From positions 35,865-99,864 of the IMG/VR virus record IMGVR_UViG_3300027816_000081: DNA of 64,000 nucleotides. One strand, given 5' to 3'. Positions 37,434 to 46,933 of this stretch are shown here, in pieces. This DNA comes from a virus. Every line of letters starts with the position of its first letter. The stretch's first letter is position 1. The notes below the pieces were generated by a model that was not told the DNA's origin, did no database searches, and saw only the letters and a list, made by a program, of their open reading frames with translations. The position numbers were made by a program, and so were the translations under genes.

Positions 37434-38512
37434 TTAGTAGCAGCCTTAACTTTATTGAGTACTTCTTCACGCTCTTTTGGCTTAAGCGATGCTAAATCTG
37501 CGGCTAATTGATCTGGGTTTAATCTTTTGTTTGGGGCAGCAGGCGCAGCAGGAGCTGCTGGTTTAATGTCTTTGGCGCCGGCTGGTGGTTGTCCTGCAGG
37601 ACCTGATAATGCGAATGCTAAGCGTCCTAATTTTTCTAGTGCTGCTTTTCCTGAATCAGTCTTATATGTTTTTTCTACGTCTTTAATAGCAGGCATGACT
37701 ATGCTTTGCTTTCTTCTCCAATCTACACCCTGCATATAAAGATCAAACCAATCTGTCATATAATCAGATATGCTTTGTGCGCCGTCTGTTTCTACAATGC
37801 TTTCAAATATGTAATTTAATTTTGCATATTTTTTATCAGCAACGTAATAGTCTGTCCCTTCTTTAAGAACACATAGGCCAATTTGCTCCCAAGTGATTCC
37901 TACAGATTCTAAAAGCATGTTGGCAAAATAAATTCTCCATGCTTCTGACATTGTTTTTCCGGTCTTTAGATTGTTTATTGCGGCATTAGCAAAGCTTGAA
38001 TCCAGTCCGCTTCTTCTAATAATTTGCTGCACTGTTGCTACTGCATTATTCCATTCGGGAGTACCCTGACGGTCAGCCATTGTATTGACTAGTTCTTTTG
38101 CTAAAGCAATTTTTTGATTTTTGTCAGTAGTTTTATTGATAGCTTGCGCCGCGCCTCTGACATAATTATTAATATTCTGTGAGGTCTGTTGTTGTGCTTT
38201 ATATGCGGCTGCACCACTTGCTCCAGTGGCTGGTTTGCCCGGGGCCGTTGGTTTAATTGAGCTAGGATCAACCGGCTCTGCTGGCGCTGCGCCAGTAGTA
38301 GAAGTTGTTAGTTTAGGATCAACCAAACCAGACTTTATTCCATTATTCAATGAAACTGTTGCATCATCAATGAAGTCATCCAGGAAAAGACGCTCGGCTT
38401 CTGCGTGGCGATCTGTCTTTTTATATTTACCTGCTAATTCTGGACCCAATAATAGATCCATAAATGTGCCCTCGTTAAGATTCTTGGGTTGATTGATTTC
38501 ATTAATTTTCAT
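37430..38512 (-). CDS. Putative internal head protein
   Basis: MKINEI...LNEG propeptide-like start; Pro/Ala linkers. Confidence 0.55.
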   Translation of the reverse strand: MKINEINQPKNLNEGTFMDLLLGPELAGKYKKTDRHAEAERLFLDDFIDDATVSLNNGIKSGLVDPKLTTSTTGAAPAEPVDPSSIKPTAPGKPATGASGAAAYKAQQQTSQNINNYVRGAAQAINKTTDKNQKIALAKELVNTMADRQGTPEWNNAVATVQQIIRRSGLDSSFANAAINNLKTGKTMSEAWRIYFANMLLESVGITWEQIGLCVLKEGTDYYVADKKYAKLNYIFESIVETDGAQSISDYMTDWFDLYMQGVDWRRKQSIVMPAIKDVEKTYKTDSGKAALEKLGRLAFALSGPAGQPPAGAKDIKPAAPAAPAAPNKRLNPDQLAADLASLKPKEREEVLNKVKAATK

Positions 38513-38747
38513 TTTTCTTCCTCAAGGTCTTAGTGAATCTTGCCTGATCCTTACTTTTGATTGCACTCAAAAGCTTCTTTTCAAGAAGTTCAGCCTTTTC
38601 GGAAGAATATTGCTTTTGCATCAACTCAATTAAATTGATAGCACTAGTAATAATGTTGGATGCACGGGATTCAATGATATGATTCATATCCCTAGTGTCA
38701 CCAAAAGACTGTAATTCCTCAAGAAGGCTTTTTGTTTTCTTTTGCAT
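38502..38747 (-). CDS. Hypothetical late protein
   Basis: Likely start MQKKTKSLLEEL (ATG 38747), downstream of TAAATA at 38770. Confidence 0.7.
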   Translation of the reverse strand: MQKKTKSLLEELQSFGDTRDMNHIIESRASNIITSAINLIELMQKQYSSEKAELLEKKLLSAIKSKDQARFTKTLRKKNEN

Positions 38748-38783
38748 AATAGTAAAGATTCCTATATTGTATTTAGTCAATCT

Positions 38784-40181
38784 TTAGTTTTTCTTGAGAG
38801 AATTTAACAGTGATTTTAGTTTTGCCCCTTCAGTATTTGATATGACTTTTGATTCTGTAGTAGGTAGGTTGTTAACAGTTTCGCTTACTGAACTCGTAGT
38901 TTTGATTTGATTCATTAATTGTGCTGGAGTCTGCGTATGAGTCCTGCCTTCTTCTGGATCCTCATCAGTAATACGCATAGTATCAATATTATATTCCAAG
39001 TCAATCTTTTGACCAACACCAGTAGAACTACGAGATTTCATACACTGAATTTGATACTTGCCTCGCTCACGCATAGAACGTGAAGTGAAGATACCAAACA
39101 CATAGTCCGCAGTATTGATCTTAGAGATACCACCTGCAATGTGACTGTGATCAAACTCAATTTCTTCAACAGCCGAACGATTCAACTGCGAGGCTGTGAT
39201 CATAAGAATGCCAAGCTCCTTCGCTAGATTGCGAAGTTCTTCCGACACATACTTGTCTTTAATGAACTGGTCATTTGGATTGACCTTGACACTGACAGGC
39301 ATAACAAGATCAAGATAGTCAATCATAACAAAGTCAATCTTGATGCCTGTCTGAATCTGCACTTCCTTGATATATGCACGAATAGCGTTGACGTTGCTTT
39401 GTGCAGGCAATGCCTTAACACGATACTGCCCCATCTTCTTGCCGTTCATCTTAACACGCAATGCAGTGTCTTCCATATTCTTACGAATATCCTTCGTACT
39501 CATACTAGTAAGCATGGCGTCAGTACGAAGCGAAGTCAATTCTTCTGAAAGTTCAAGGGTCACATAAACACCACTTAGACCCTGTGCAAGCCAGTTAAGT
39601 GCGATGTTCATCATAACAAGAGACTTACCAGAACCAGAGCCGCCGGCGAAGATGTTAAGTTCACCACGACTCATACCACCATACATAAGTCTGTCAAGCT
39701 GGGGCCAGCCAGTAGACACCTGACCACCCTGATTGAAGTACTTGTTCAATCGTTCTTGAGGATCAGCAAAATAATCTGTACCCATATCACGCTGCAAACT
39801 GATTTGCACTGCGTCCTTGACTAGCTTTTCAACCGGATCAAACTCGCCCTTCTCAAGCAAGTCTGCTGCCTTGAGAATAGCACGTTCAAGTTCCTGACGC
39901 TTAGTGAATGCTTCAAATTCTTCTAGAAACCAATCATAGTGTCCCTGATCAAGTTCAGGGATATGATCAATCGTTTCGCTAGTAGTTGCCTTGATTTGCG
40001 TAGGGTCAGGCATGATGGAGTACTTAGTAGTGTGCTCCACAATGAATTCTGCAACTGGACGTAATCTACGATCAAAGTTTTGAGGATTCATGATGTTCAT
40101 AACACGAGTATACAACTCAGCGTTAGTAACCATCATTCGTAAAAAGAGTTCCTGAACATCAGTATTATATTCTTTTAGCAA
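38784..40181 (-). CDS. gp41: Replicative DnaB-like helicase (gp41-like)
   Basis: AGGSGSGKS Walker A, YVTLELSE, IDYLDL, TASQLNRS, MKSRSS.G. Confidence 0.93.
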   Translation of the reverse strand: MLKEYNTDVQELFLRMMVTNAELYTRVMNIMNPQNFDRRLRPVAEFIVEHTTKYSIMPDPTQIKATTSETIDHIPELDQGHYDWFLEEFEAFTKRQELERAILKAADLLEKGEFDPVEKLVKDAVQISLQRDMGTDYFADPQERLNKYFNQGGQVSTGWPQLDRLMYGGMSRGELNIFAGGSGSGKSLVMMNIALNWLAQGLSGVYVTLELSEELTSLRTDAMLTSMSTKDIRKNMEDTALRVKMNGKKMGQYRVKALPAQSNVNAIRAYIKEVQIQTGIKIDFVMIDYLDLVMPVSVKVNPNDQFIKDKYVSEELRNLAKELGILMITASQLNRSAVEEIEFDHSHIAGGISKINTADYVFGIFTSRSMRERGKYQIQCMKSRSSTGVGQKIDLEYNIDTMRITDEDPEEGRTHTQTPAQLMNQIKTTSSVSETVNNLPTTESKVISNTEGAKLKSLLNSLKKN

Positions 40182-41142
40182 TTTTCTTCCTCATCATTTC
40201 CAATTTGATTTTACTGTTAGTAGCTGATTGTAAGATACTTAGTAGTGTAGGGACTTTCCCGTACTTTCTTATAGCATCATTGGTATCCTTTATTTCCTCA
40301 CTCCAGTTTGGAATAGATACGTGAAATCCTAATTCTAATGCTCTGTCGCATACCTGCATCCCTGTCTTATCTAAGTCGGGAACAACTATAATTTTACGAT
40401 TTAGTCTACGCAATAATTCTGCTTGCTCATCGCTGATAGTGTCGTGTGTCAATGCACATCCATTGATACTCAGTGCGTCAAAAATACCTTCAACGACAAT
40501 ACACACTTCATATTCGGGCTTTTGTAAATCTAAGCCAAATACATATCCTAGCTGCTGCTCCTTGATATACTTAGGGATGCGATTGTCTAGATATCTGCTG
40601 ATATGACCTACGATCTTACCATCCATAGTATATGGAATAATAATTCTGTTGCTATTTCTTCCTTCTTCGTCAGGCGTAATCATGAAGGGATAATCTTTTA
40701 CAGATAATCCTCTATCATGAATGTAGTCTGCAAACTTTTTATGCTCTATATTATTCTCATCAATCAATATAGCATTTTCGGGAAGTTCAGTTTCCTTAAA
40801 TACAACTTTAAGTTTCTTGCGCTTGACTTTAACGTAGTCAATCAAATCCTTTTGCTGCAAGCTCTCAAAGTTGTATTTTGTAATTAATTCGTCTGATACT
40901 CCACAATACCCTAACAGTAGACGTAGATTTTTACTGAGTGACTTACCCAATGTGAATCTGCATTTGAAATCGCAGTTAAAGCAGTGATAGGACCAGTTGT
41001 CATCTTCGTCAAACTTGATGCCGCCGCGCATACGTCTGTCGGGTTTGTGACCGCGATTATGGCAGCAGACCGCATTGAAGCTTACCCAGCCCTTTGCAGT
41101 TGTTTTCTTTCTACCAGGTATGATGGTCAGTATATCAAACAC
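40165..41142 (-). CDS. gp61: DNA primase (gp61-like)
   Basis: N-terminal Zn finger (CC.H...HCFNC), RIIIP, TOPRIM VVEGIFDALS, PDLD..G, KD.ND. Confidence 0.9.
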   Translation of the reverse strand: MFDILTIIPGRKKTTAKGWVSFNAVCCHNRGHKPDRRMRGGIKFDEDDNWSYHCFNCDFKCRFTLGKSLSKNLRLLLGYCGVSDELITKYNFESLQQKDLIDYVKVKRKKLKVVFKETELPENAILIDENNIEHKKFADYIHDRGLSVKDYPFMITPDEEGRNSNRIIIPYTMDGKIVGHISRYLDNRIPKYIKEQQLGYVFGLDLQKPEYEVCIVVEGIFDALSINGCALTHDTISDEQAELLRRLNRKIIVVPDLDKTGMQVCDRALELGFHVSIPNWSEEIKDTNDAIRKYGKVPTLLSILQSATNSKIKLEMMRKKIAKRI

Positions 41143-41148
41143 AAACTG

Positions 41149-41177
41149 ATTGTAACATAATAAGAGTTAACGTGCAA
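41149..41177 (-). promoter_or_regulatory. Sigma70-like promoter TTGCAC-N17-TACAAT (extended -10)
   Basis: GTG start of primase lies 6 nt after the -10 box. Confidence 0.7.
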
Positions 41178-41934
41178 GAATATTGGTTACCGCGCCCGAA
41201 TTGCTAGTAAATGCTACTTTAACATAAGGATGGTAGCCATGAATAGTATAACCTCTAGTCTCAGTTACATTGGCCAAGTCCGTGTCATTGAGAATATCAT
41301 ACCAGTCACCATCAACAATAGTAGAACCCTGAATAGTTATGTTGCCATAATATTCATCATACTTTGTTTGAATAGTCAATACTGGATTATCTTCTGTGTT
41401 GATTACACTAGTGTAGTAAACAACGTTGGTGTTGCCTGAGCTATTGCTAATATTGGGGAAGGGCTGTCCTGTTGGAATTGTAATAACCGAAGAAGGAACA
41501 AAGGAAGGAAGGATTGAGTTGACAATATTCATGTCTCCTCTTGCCCCTGCATTCTGATCAACGAATACTGGAAAGTCAAATGCGCCCTCAGGAATTTCTA
41601 ACGAGTAAAATGCTTTTTGTGCAGGAATGTCTTCAATTTCTGCTGCATTTAATCTTAAAGACGCAATTCCGGTTAAGGCATAATCTAAATCAAGTGCTTT
41701 TGAAACTAGGATCTCAGTGCCATCATAATTCAAGATTCTACAAGTAATGCTTTTTCCAGTAATATCTACGGGCTTCTGTTCCTGATTCAAGAACTGAAAT
41801 TGAATTCTGTTGTCAACACCCTTATGTAGAGTTAGTGGTTTAGCATATTGTGGCATATATTTTCTCGGTGAGTTTCCTGTTAGGAGTACTACGATTTGTC
41901 TTTGGACATATACAAAAACTGAGGTGGCGTACAC
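41167..41934 (-). CDS. Putative virion structural protein (beta-rich)
   Basis: Late promoter, AAGGAG SD; L.KG.DN...F...NQ.QKPV.IT. Confidence 0.6.
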   Translation of the reverse strand: MYATSVFVYVQRQIVVLLTGNSPRKYMPQYAKPLTLHKGVDNRIQFQFLNQEQKPVDITGKSITCRILNYDGTEILVSKALDLDYALTGIASLRLNAAEIEDIPAQKAFYSLEIPEGAFDFPVFVDQNAGARGDMNIVNSILPSFVPSSVITIPTGQPFPNISNSSGNTNVVYYTSVINTEDNPVLTIQTKYDEYYGNITIQGSTIVDGDWYDILNDTDLANVTETRGYTIHGYHPYVKVAFTSNSGAVTNILAR

Positions 41935-42008
41935 AAATCTTTCTCCTTGTCAAGTATTTATTACTAAAATAAATAGTTTGGGTAAAACGGTGTAAATAGA
42001 TTAGAATT

Positions 42009-42386
42009 ATGAATGAAGAATTTTTCAAAAGACTAAGCGAAAACCACCCGTTCATTACTATATGTACATATAGTAACCAAGATTACGTGGGTATTATCCA
42101 AAACAGAGACGATACTGTTACTACAATGTATGACTATGGAGCGATAGTGCAGCCCGAACTTAGGGCTAAGTTCTTAGAATTAGGTGATATTTGGTGGTGG
42201 GAATCAAATAGATCAATTCCCATCAATATTTTTTTGAAAGAAGAATGGATTATCTTTAAGCCATTCATCAAAACATTCAACAACAAAGGGTTAGATATAG
42301 TTCACGGACCCGTCGTTAGTATGACAGACTTCACTAAGAAAAGAGCAAAGCGTAGAAGTATTACACTTGTAAAAAGAATGCCTTAA
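42009..42386 (+). CDS. Hypothetical late protein
   Basis: YVGIIQN, WWWESNR.IPINIFL; TAAATA upstream. Confidence 0.75.
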   Translation: MNEEFFKRLSENHPFITICTYSNQDYVGIIQNRDDTVTTMYDYGAIVQPELRAKFLELGDIWWWESNRSIPINIFLKEEWIIFKPFIKTFNNKGLDIVHGPVVSMTDFTKKRAKRRSITLVKRMP

Positions 42387-42664
42387 TCCCGATTAGGGAA
42401 AAGTGTAAGTGAAGAACACTTAATATATCTGCCATTGCTATCCTTGACAATGATTTGAATGTCATTAGTTTCATCATCTAGATTTACTTTCGCCGGATGA
42501 TCTTCTCCAAACTCAAGTTTGATATCTTGAATAATATTATCTAGCATTTCTTCTGACATTTGCTGATTAAGATATTTTTCCATAATGGACATTACCTTTT
42601 TACCAGTAACATGATCGGCAACACCGGCTAATGTATAGTTAGTACTCGTATCAAATGTTGACAT
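42383..42664 (-). CDS. Hypothetical protein
   Basis: 93-aa ORF ending the operon. Confidence 0.6.
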   Translation of the reverse strand: MSTFDTSTNYTLAGVADHVTGKKVMSIMEKYLNQQMSEEMLDNIIQDIKLEFGEDHPAKVNLDDETNDIQIIVKDSNGRYIKCSSLTLFPNRD

Positions 42665-42667
42665 AGT

Positions 42668-43183
42668 TTAGTTCTTTCTAGCTTTCTTCTTTAGTTCTTT
42701 CTTTCTTTTATCCTTAGCCATCTTGTAAGTCAAGTCACCTACTCGTTGGTCAAACGTTACCCCAAACAAATGATCAAACTCGTGCAAGTACACACGGCTT
42801 TCTAATCCAGTCAATTCACGCTCAACAACCTCACCGGTTACTGTCTGATACTGCACATTGCAAGACCCTGCGCGTTTAACTTTCATGAACAAGTCAGGGA
42901 AGCTCAAGCATCCTTCCATATCAACAATTCTGTCTTCGGATAGTGACACAATCTTTGGATTGATACAAGCAACTAGTTTTTGAAAGTTGCCCATGATAAA
43001 GATTCTTTTCTGGATCCCAACTTGAGGGGCAGCAAGACCAACTCCCCCATTTTCAATCATGAACTTGAACATTGCCTTGATAAGTTCCTCAGGATTGCCG
43101 TCAACTTCAAAATCCCATTCAGTTGAAGTATCAAGTAATTGCGGATGGCCTTCAGGCAATAGTTCTAAGTTATATTCAGTCAT
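42668..43183 (-). CDS. def: Peptide deformylase
   Basis: GVGLAAPQVG, EGCLS and HEFDHL motifs all intact. Confidence 0.95.
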   Translation of the reverse strand: MTEYNLELLPEGHPQLLDTSTEWDFEVDGNPEELIKAMFKFMIENGGVGLAAPQVGIQKRIFIMGNFQKLVACINPKIVSLSEDRIVDMEGCLSFPDLFMKVKRAGSCNVQYQTVTGEVVERELTGLESRVYLHEFDHLFGVTFDQRVGDLTYKMAKDKRKKELKKKARKN

Positions 43184-43520
43184 TGGTTACGTCACCTTTT
43201 CTATAGCTATACCAAATTGTTTCAACAGGAGTTTCAACACTAAACGATTCCTGTTTCATTCCCTCACGGAGTAGTTCAGCAATCTCAATTGCTTTAGCAG
43301 TCAGTGTTGCAGGATCTGAAGGGAAGCGTGGGTAGTTAATTAATCCTACTTGTATCCCGTGTTCAGTTCCTCCCTTGTAGATGTATTCTACCATCTTGAG
43401 AGTGACACAGAATCCTACTTCGTCACAATACTTCTTTAGTATCTTTTCTGCTACGGGATAACTTCCGGCAATGTGAATAGTAATCGGAAATGATTTCTCA
43501 ACTTTAACTAATGGTTTCAT
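43176..43520 (-). CDS. Hypothetical protein
   Basis: YCD.VGFCVT, YIY.GG.E.G..VGLINYPRFP. Confidence 0.75.
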   Translation of the reverse strand: MKPLVKVEKSFPITIHIAGSYPVAEKILKKYCDEVGFCVTLKMVEYIYKGGTEHGIQVGLINYPRFPSDPATLTAKAIEIAELLREGMKQESFSVETPVETIWYSYRKGDVTND

Positions 43521-43522
43521 TT

Positions 43523-44095
43523 TTAATTCTTCTCTTGTAACAGGTTCATATGCACAACTACAAGCTGGGCGTAAGCAATGGCGTGACTTTTCTTGAAGCT
43601 ATAGCCATCACTATCCTTATCCCATACAGTCTTTGCGACTTCTTTCCATGTCAACCCTTGCAAGTGTTTTTTAGCAGGACGCATTACAGCAAGAAACATT
43701 GCCAGTCTAGGAATGCTATCAATTGGTTCGGGCATACGTTGCATGATGTTGAACGAGTTATTAAGGTGAATCAATTGCTCTACTGTAACACGATTTTTTA
43801 GCATAGTCCAATCAGGATCTTGCATCAACTTGACTAAATGCAACTCATCCCTGACATTTTCATAGACATGGACATTCAATAAATCTAGTTTAAAGTATCC
43901 GCGTTCTTCTGCTTCCGTGTAATCTAGCGAACACATATCATTTTCTGGATCGTAAGGAATATCAGTGATATATATACCACTAGGATGTTTACGCATAGGA
44001 GTGACATTACGCATTGCCGCAGGCGTATGAGCGATCAACTTTAATAGTTGTTCACGATCACCTACGTCAATGTCAATGTCACTGTCAATTCTCAT
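43523..44095 (-). CDS. Miniature DNA polymerase III alpha (DnaE)-like catalytic core
   Basis: SDIDIDV, HPSGIY, GYFKLDLL and YSFKKSHAIAYA motifs in 190 aa. Confidence 0.82.
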   Translation of the reverse strand: MRIDSDIDIDVGDREQLLKLIAHTPAAMRNVTPMRKHPSGIYITDIPYDPENDMCSLDYTEAEERGYFKLDLLNVHVYENVRDELHLVKLMQDPDWTMLKNRVTVEQLIHLNNSFNIMQRMPEPIDSIPRLAMFLAVMRPAKKHLQGLTWKEVAKTVWDKDSDGYSFKKSHAIAYAQLVVVHMNLLQEKN

Positions 44096-44649
44096 CGGAT
44101 GTGAGTCAATCCAGCCTTAATCAGAATCTTGTATGCATCTTGAATAACACGAGCCTGATGAATTGCGTCTTCAACAGCTTTGTGAGTTGTCTTTGTACCA
44201 TACTTAGGATCCTTAAGGCTTACGCCAGCAAGATCATAAATCGTTCGGCAATCACGAATGTTCCAAAACTGCCATGGGAACTGCATACCAAGATCACGGA
44301 ATGCACTTTCTGCTACTGCGATATCAAAGATCGAACCGTTAGCCCAAACCTTGTCACAGTTCCAGCAGAATTTGTAAAGCTTTTCCATTGCTTCCCGATA
44401 ACTAATACGATCACGATCACCCATAGCTTCTTCAATAGCGTCAGGGCTTTGCTGACCCCACCAATCCATTGTAGCATCACTAATCGTGCGATTATAAATT
44501 TCTGTTTGTTCTTCCATTGTAGGACGAAGATCAAGAGTTTCAATCATGCCCATACCTTTCGGATCAAACGCAACTGCACCAATCGTTAGAATAACGGTCG
44601 ACGGCGCAGTGTCAAGCGTTTCCATGTCCAGCATAATGTGGCGGGCCAT
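44092..44649 (-). CDS. DEDD-family 3'-5' exonuclease
   Basis: MLDMETL, WANG..FD, RDCRT, HKAVEDA. Confidence 0.88.
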   Translation of the reverse strand: MARHIMLDMETLDTAPSTVILTIGAVAFDPKGMGMIETLDLRPTMEEQTEIYNRTISDATMDWWGQQSPDAIEEAMGDRDRISYREAMEKLYKFCWNCDKVWANGSIFDIAVAESAFRDLGMQFPWQFWNIRDCRTIYDLAGVSLKDPKYGTKTTHKAVEDAIHQARVIQDAYKILIKAGLTHIR

Positions 44650-44680
44650 AAATTATATTACCTTTCTAAATGTAGTTTAC

Positions 44681-44709
44681 AATATACAGGATAAGTTGTC
44701 TGTTGTCAA
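44681..44709 (-). promoter_or_regulatory. Sigma70-like promoter TTGACA-N17-TATATT
   Basis: Upstream of exonuclease/mini-DnaE/def operon. Confidence 0.75.
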
Positions 44710-44786
44710 GAAAAAAATGATAAATAAAAGTGTAGTTCGCGGAATGGGGATTCCCAACTACTCTAACGCTTTACAGGAGCATCAGC

Positions 44787-45317
44787 ATGACTATTTACAC
44801 CAGCAAGAACTACCGCAAAATATACGAGCAACATTACGGTCCTATTCCCAAGGATAGTGACGGTAGAACGTATGAGATACATCATATTGACGGTGATAGA
44901 AATAACAACGATCCTAGTAATCTATTATGTATATCAATCCAAGAACATTACGATATTCATTATCAACAAGGTGATTGGGCTGCGTGTCTTGTGATGGCCG
45001 GGAGAATGAAAATATCTCCGCAACTAAAGTCAGAATTATCACGCAAAGCACAATTAAACCTCGTAGAGCAAGGTATTCATCCTTCCTCCCGCCGAACATC
45101 ATCTGACTTTACTCCAGAATGGAGAGCTAACATTTCTGCTGCAAAGAAAGGCAAGCAAACTTGGAACAAAGGGATACTGAGAACTGAGGAAGAAAAAACT
45201 AAGATGAGGGAAGGACATTCTAAGCGTGAAAGAATAGAATGTCCTCACTGTAAAAGAACAATAGACAAACCTAACTTTACTAGGTACCACGGAGATAAAT
45301 GTAATTCTAAGTGTTAG
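44787..45317 (+). mobile_element. Free-standing HNH homing endonuclease with NUMOD3-like repeats
   Basis: YRKIYE...GPIP, EIHHIDGDRNNNDPSNL, EHY..H, NISAAKKGKQTWNKG, C-terminal CPHC...HGDKC; inverted relative to neighbours with own late promoter and SD. Confidence 0.88.
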
Positions 45318-45996
45318 AACTCCAAATGTTGTCTATCTTTTTCACATCTTCCATTATATCACCGTTTAGGTAATTTAGCAAGAGCATAGGGCGAGGTTCG
45401 GGAAAATAATTGGGCATACTGCTGTGCAATAGTCTACAGTTATACATCAATACAGAACCTTTGGGCATGTATCTTTGCTCGTGGAAGTCCCAAAAATATT
45501 TGTTATATGCCCCGTTATAACACAAGTCAATATCCCAATCAGGTTCATGACTGTTGGGTACAAAGCCTGTTGCACCCATTTCAGGTGTAGTATCTTGTAA
45601 TGACACAATACACTGTACTCCTAGTAATCTAGGGTCCATATTCCATTGTTTGAACCTGTGCGGCGTGTCTACGTGCGGATTAACTAGATTAGTATTTCCG
45701 TTAATCGTAATAATGTCGCTCGTATACCAAACAGCATTGTCAAGTTCTTTATTGATACGAGTGATTAGAAAATCATTGATTAGTTTGACTTCCCACCAAT
45801 CCATAACCGTTTGGCTCCACCAATAACTAATATCGGTTAGCTTACTAATGTTCTCCCGTTCTTCGTAACGTTTACCTGAACTGGTTGCACGGACCGGATA
45901 TAACGTATCCAGTTTGCTATTAATGCCATCAATTAGTTCATCAGGTATCACGTTCTCAAAGAACAGATATCCTTCACCCTCAGTTAAATCATTCAC
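45307..45996 (-). CDS. PhyH-family 2OG-Fe(II) dioxygenase
   Basis: HVD (HxD), GATGFVPNSH, GSVL...RLLHSS..N...R; likely GTG start at 45996. Confidence 0.87.
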   Translation of the reverse strand: MNDLTEGEGYLFFENVIPDELIDGINSKLDTLYPVRATSSGKRYEERENISKLTDISYWWSQTVMDWWEVKLINDFLITRINKELDNAVWYTSDIITINGNTNLVNPHVDTPHRFKQWNMDPRLLGVQCIVSLQDTTPEMGATGFVPNSHEPDWDIDLCYNGAYNKYFWDFHEQRYMPKGSVLMYNCRLLHSSMPNYFPEPRPMLLLNYLNGDIMEDVKKIDNIWSSNT

Positions 45997-46273
45997 ATAA
46001 TTTCCAATGCGTGTATGTCTTTTCATCAAGAATGATATAGCCTGATACCTTGAACCATGGACCGAGATAGCGAGGTTCTTTATAATATTTGTAGCACCAT
46101 TCTTCTAATTCACTGGTTCCCCTAGCACGATGGTCTGCGTTGCGAATAGGTATACGAATAAATTGCCGTTCTTCCCACGCACCATTAACTGCAACTTGCT
46201 TTTTAATCTTCTGTTCTACGGGAACAGCCTCAATAATATCATAGTCAATATAGTCGGATGCTCTTAACCCCAT
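45989..46273 (-). CDS. Small hypothetical protein (tandem family member)
   Basis: ELEEWC...DEKTYTHWKL. Confidence 0.65.
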   Translation of the reverse strand: MGLRASDYIDYDIIEAVPVEQKIKKQVAVNGAWEERQFIRIPIRNADHRARGTSELEEWCYKYYKEPRYLGPWFKVSGYIILDEKTYTHWKLCE

Positions 46274-46518
46274 GTTAGTTTGAACCATATATAATCTCTC
46301 TCGTATCTAAACTTAAATCGTAAGTAATTTCCCATATACCGATACCTAGTATGTTTTTTATATCCCTGTATATTCTCTTTTACCCATTCAGTTATTTCTG
46401 CATAGTTAATTACGGATTCGTTAGGATCATGAAAATGCAGTGCTACTTCATACCAACCAGGATTTGTTTCATCCCATCGCTTAACGTAGTCATAATTATC
46501 GTCTGGTCTATTACTCAT
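46264..46518 (-). CDS. Small hypothetical protein (tandem family member)
   Basis: EITEWVKEN...FRYERDYIWFKLTW. Confidence 0.7.
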   Translation of the reverse strand: MSNRPDDNYDYVKRWDETNPGWYEVALHFHDPNESVINYAEITEWVKENIQGYKKHTRYRYMGNYLRFKFRYERDYIWFKLTWG

Positions 46519-46718
46519 AACCAACGCAACTTAAACCAATTAGTAGCTTCTTCGTTCTCAAATGTATAAGCGTAAATAACATCTGCATCATAACTAACAT
46601 CCGACACATCAGTAGCAACCACACTCAAGAAGCTAGCATTGTTGCGACACCATTCTTCTATTTCCTTAGGATTTTCAGGATCAGAAATTAATACCGTGCA
46701 TGGACCAAACAAAGACAT
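46515..46718 (-). CDS. Small hypothetical protein (tandem family member)
   Basis: EIEEWCRNN...FENEEATNWFKLRW. Confidence 0.7.
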   Translation of the reverse strand: MSLFGPCTVLISDPENPKEIEEWCRNNASFLSVVATDVSDVSYDADVIYAYTFENEEATNWFKLRWL

Positions 46719-46933
46719 TAGCGATATCTCAATAGAAAAACAGTATACTTGTGTTCATCTATGATTTCAAACGAACGATCTTGCCAGTCAATCAATCGTA
46801 GTCCATATTCGGGTTCTGAAATCTGATTGCAATAATCGTTTGAAATACCAATCTGTTGCCAATTATATGACTTAATGATCAGATTGTCAGTCCATGTATC
46901 AAACAACTTTTGATCCATATGAAAGTAGCGCAT
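46718..46933 (-). CDS. Small hypothetical protein (tandem family member)
   Basis: FEIIDEHKYTVFLLRY. Confidence 0.65.
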   Translation of the reverse strand: MRYFHMDQKLFDTWTDNLIIKSYNWQQIGISNDYCNQISEPEYGLRLIDWQDRSFEIIDEHKYTVFLLRYR

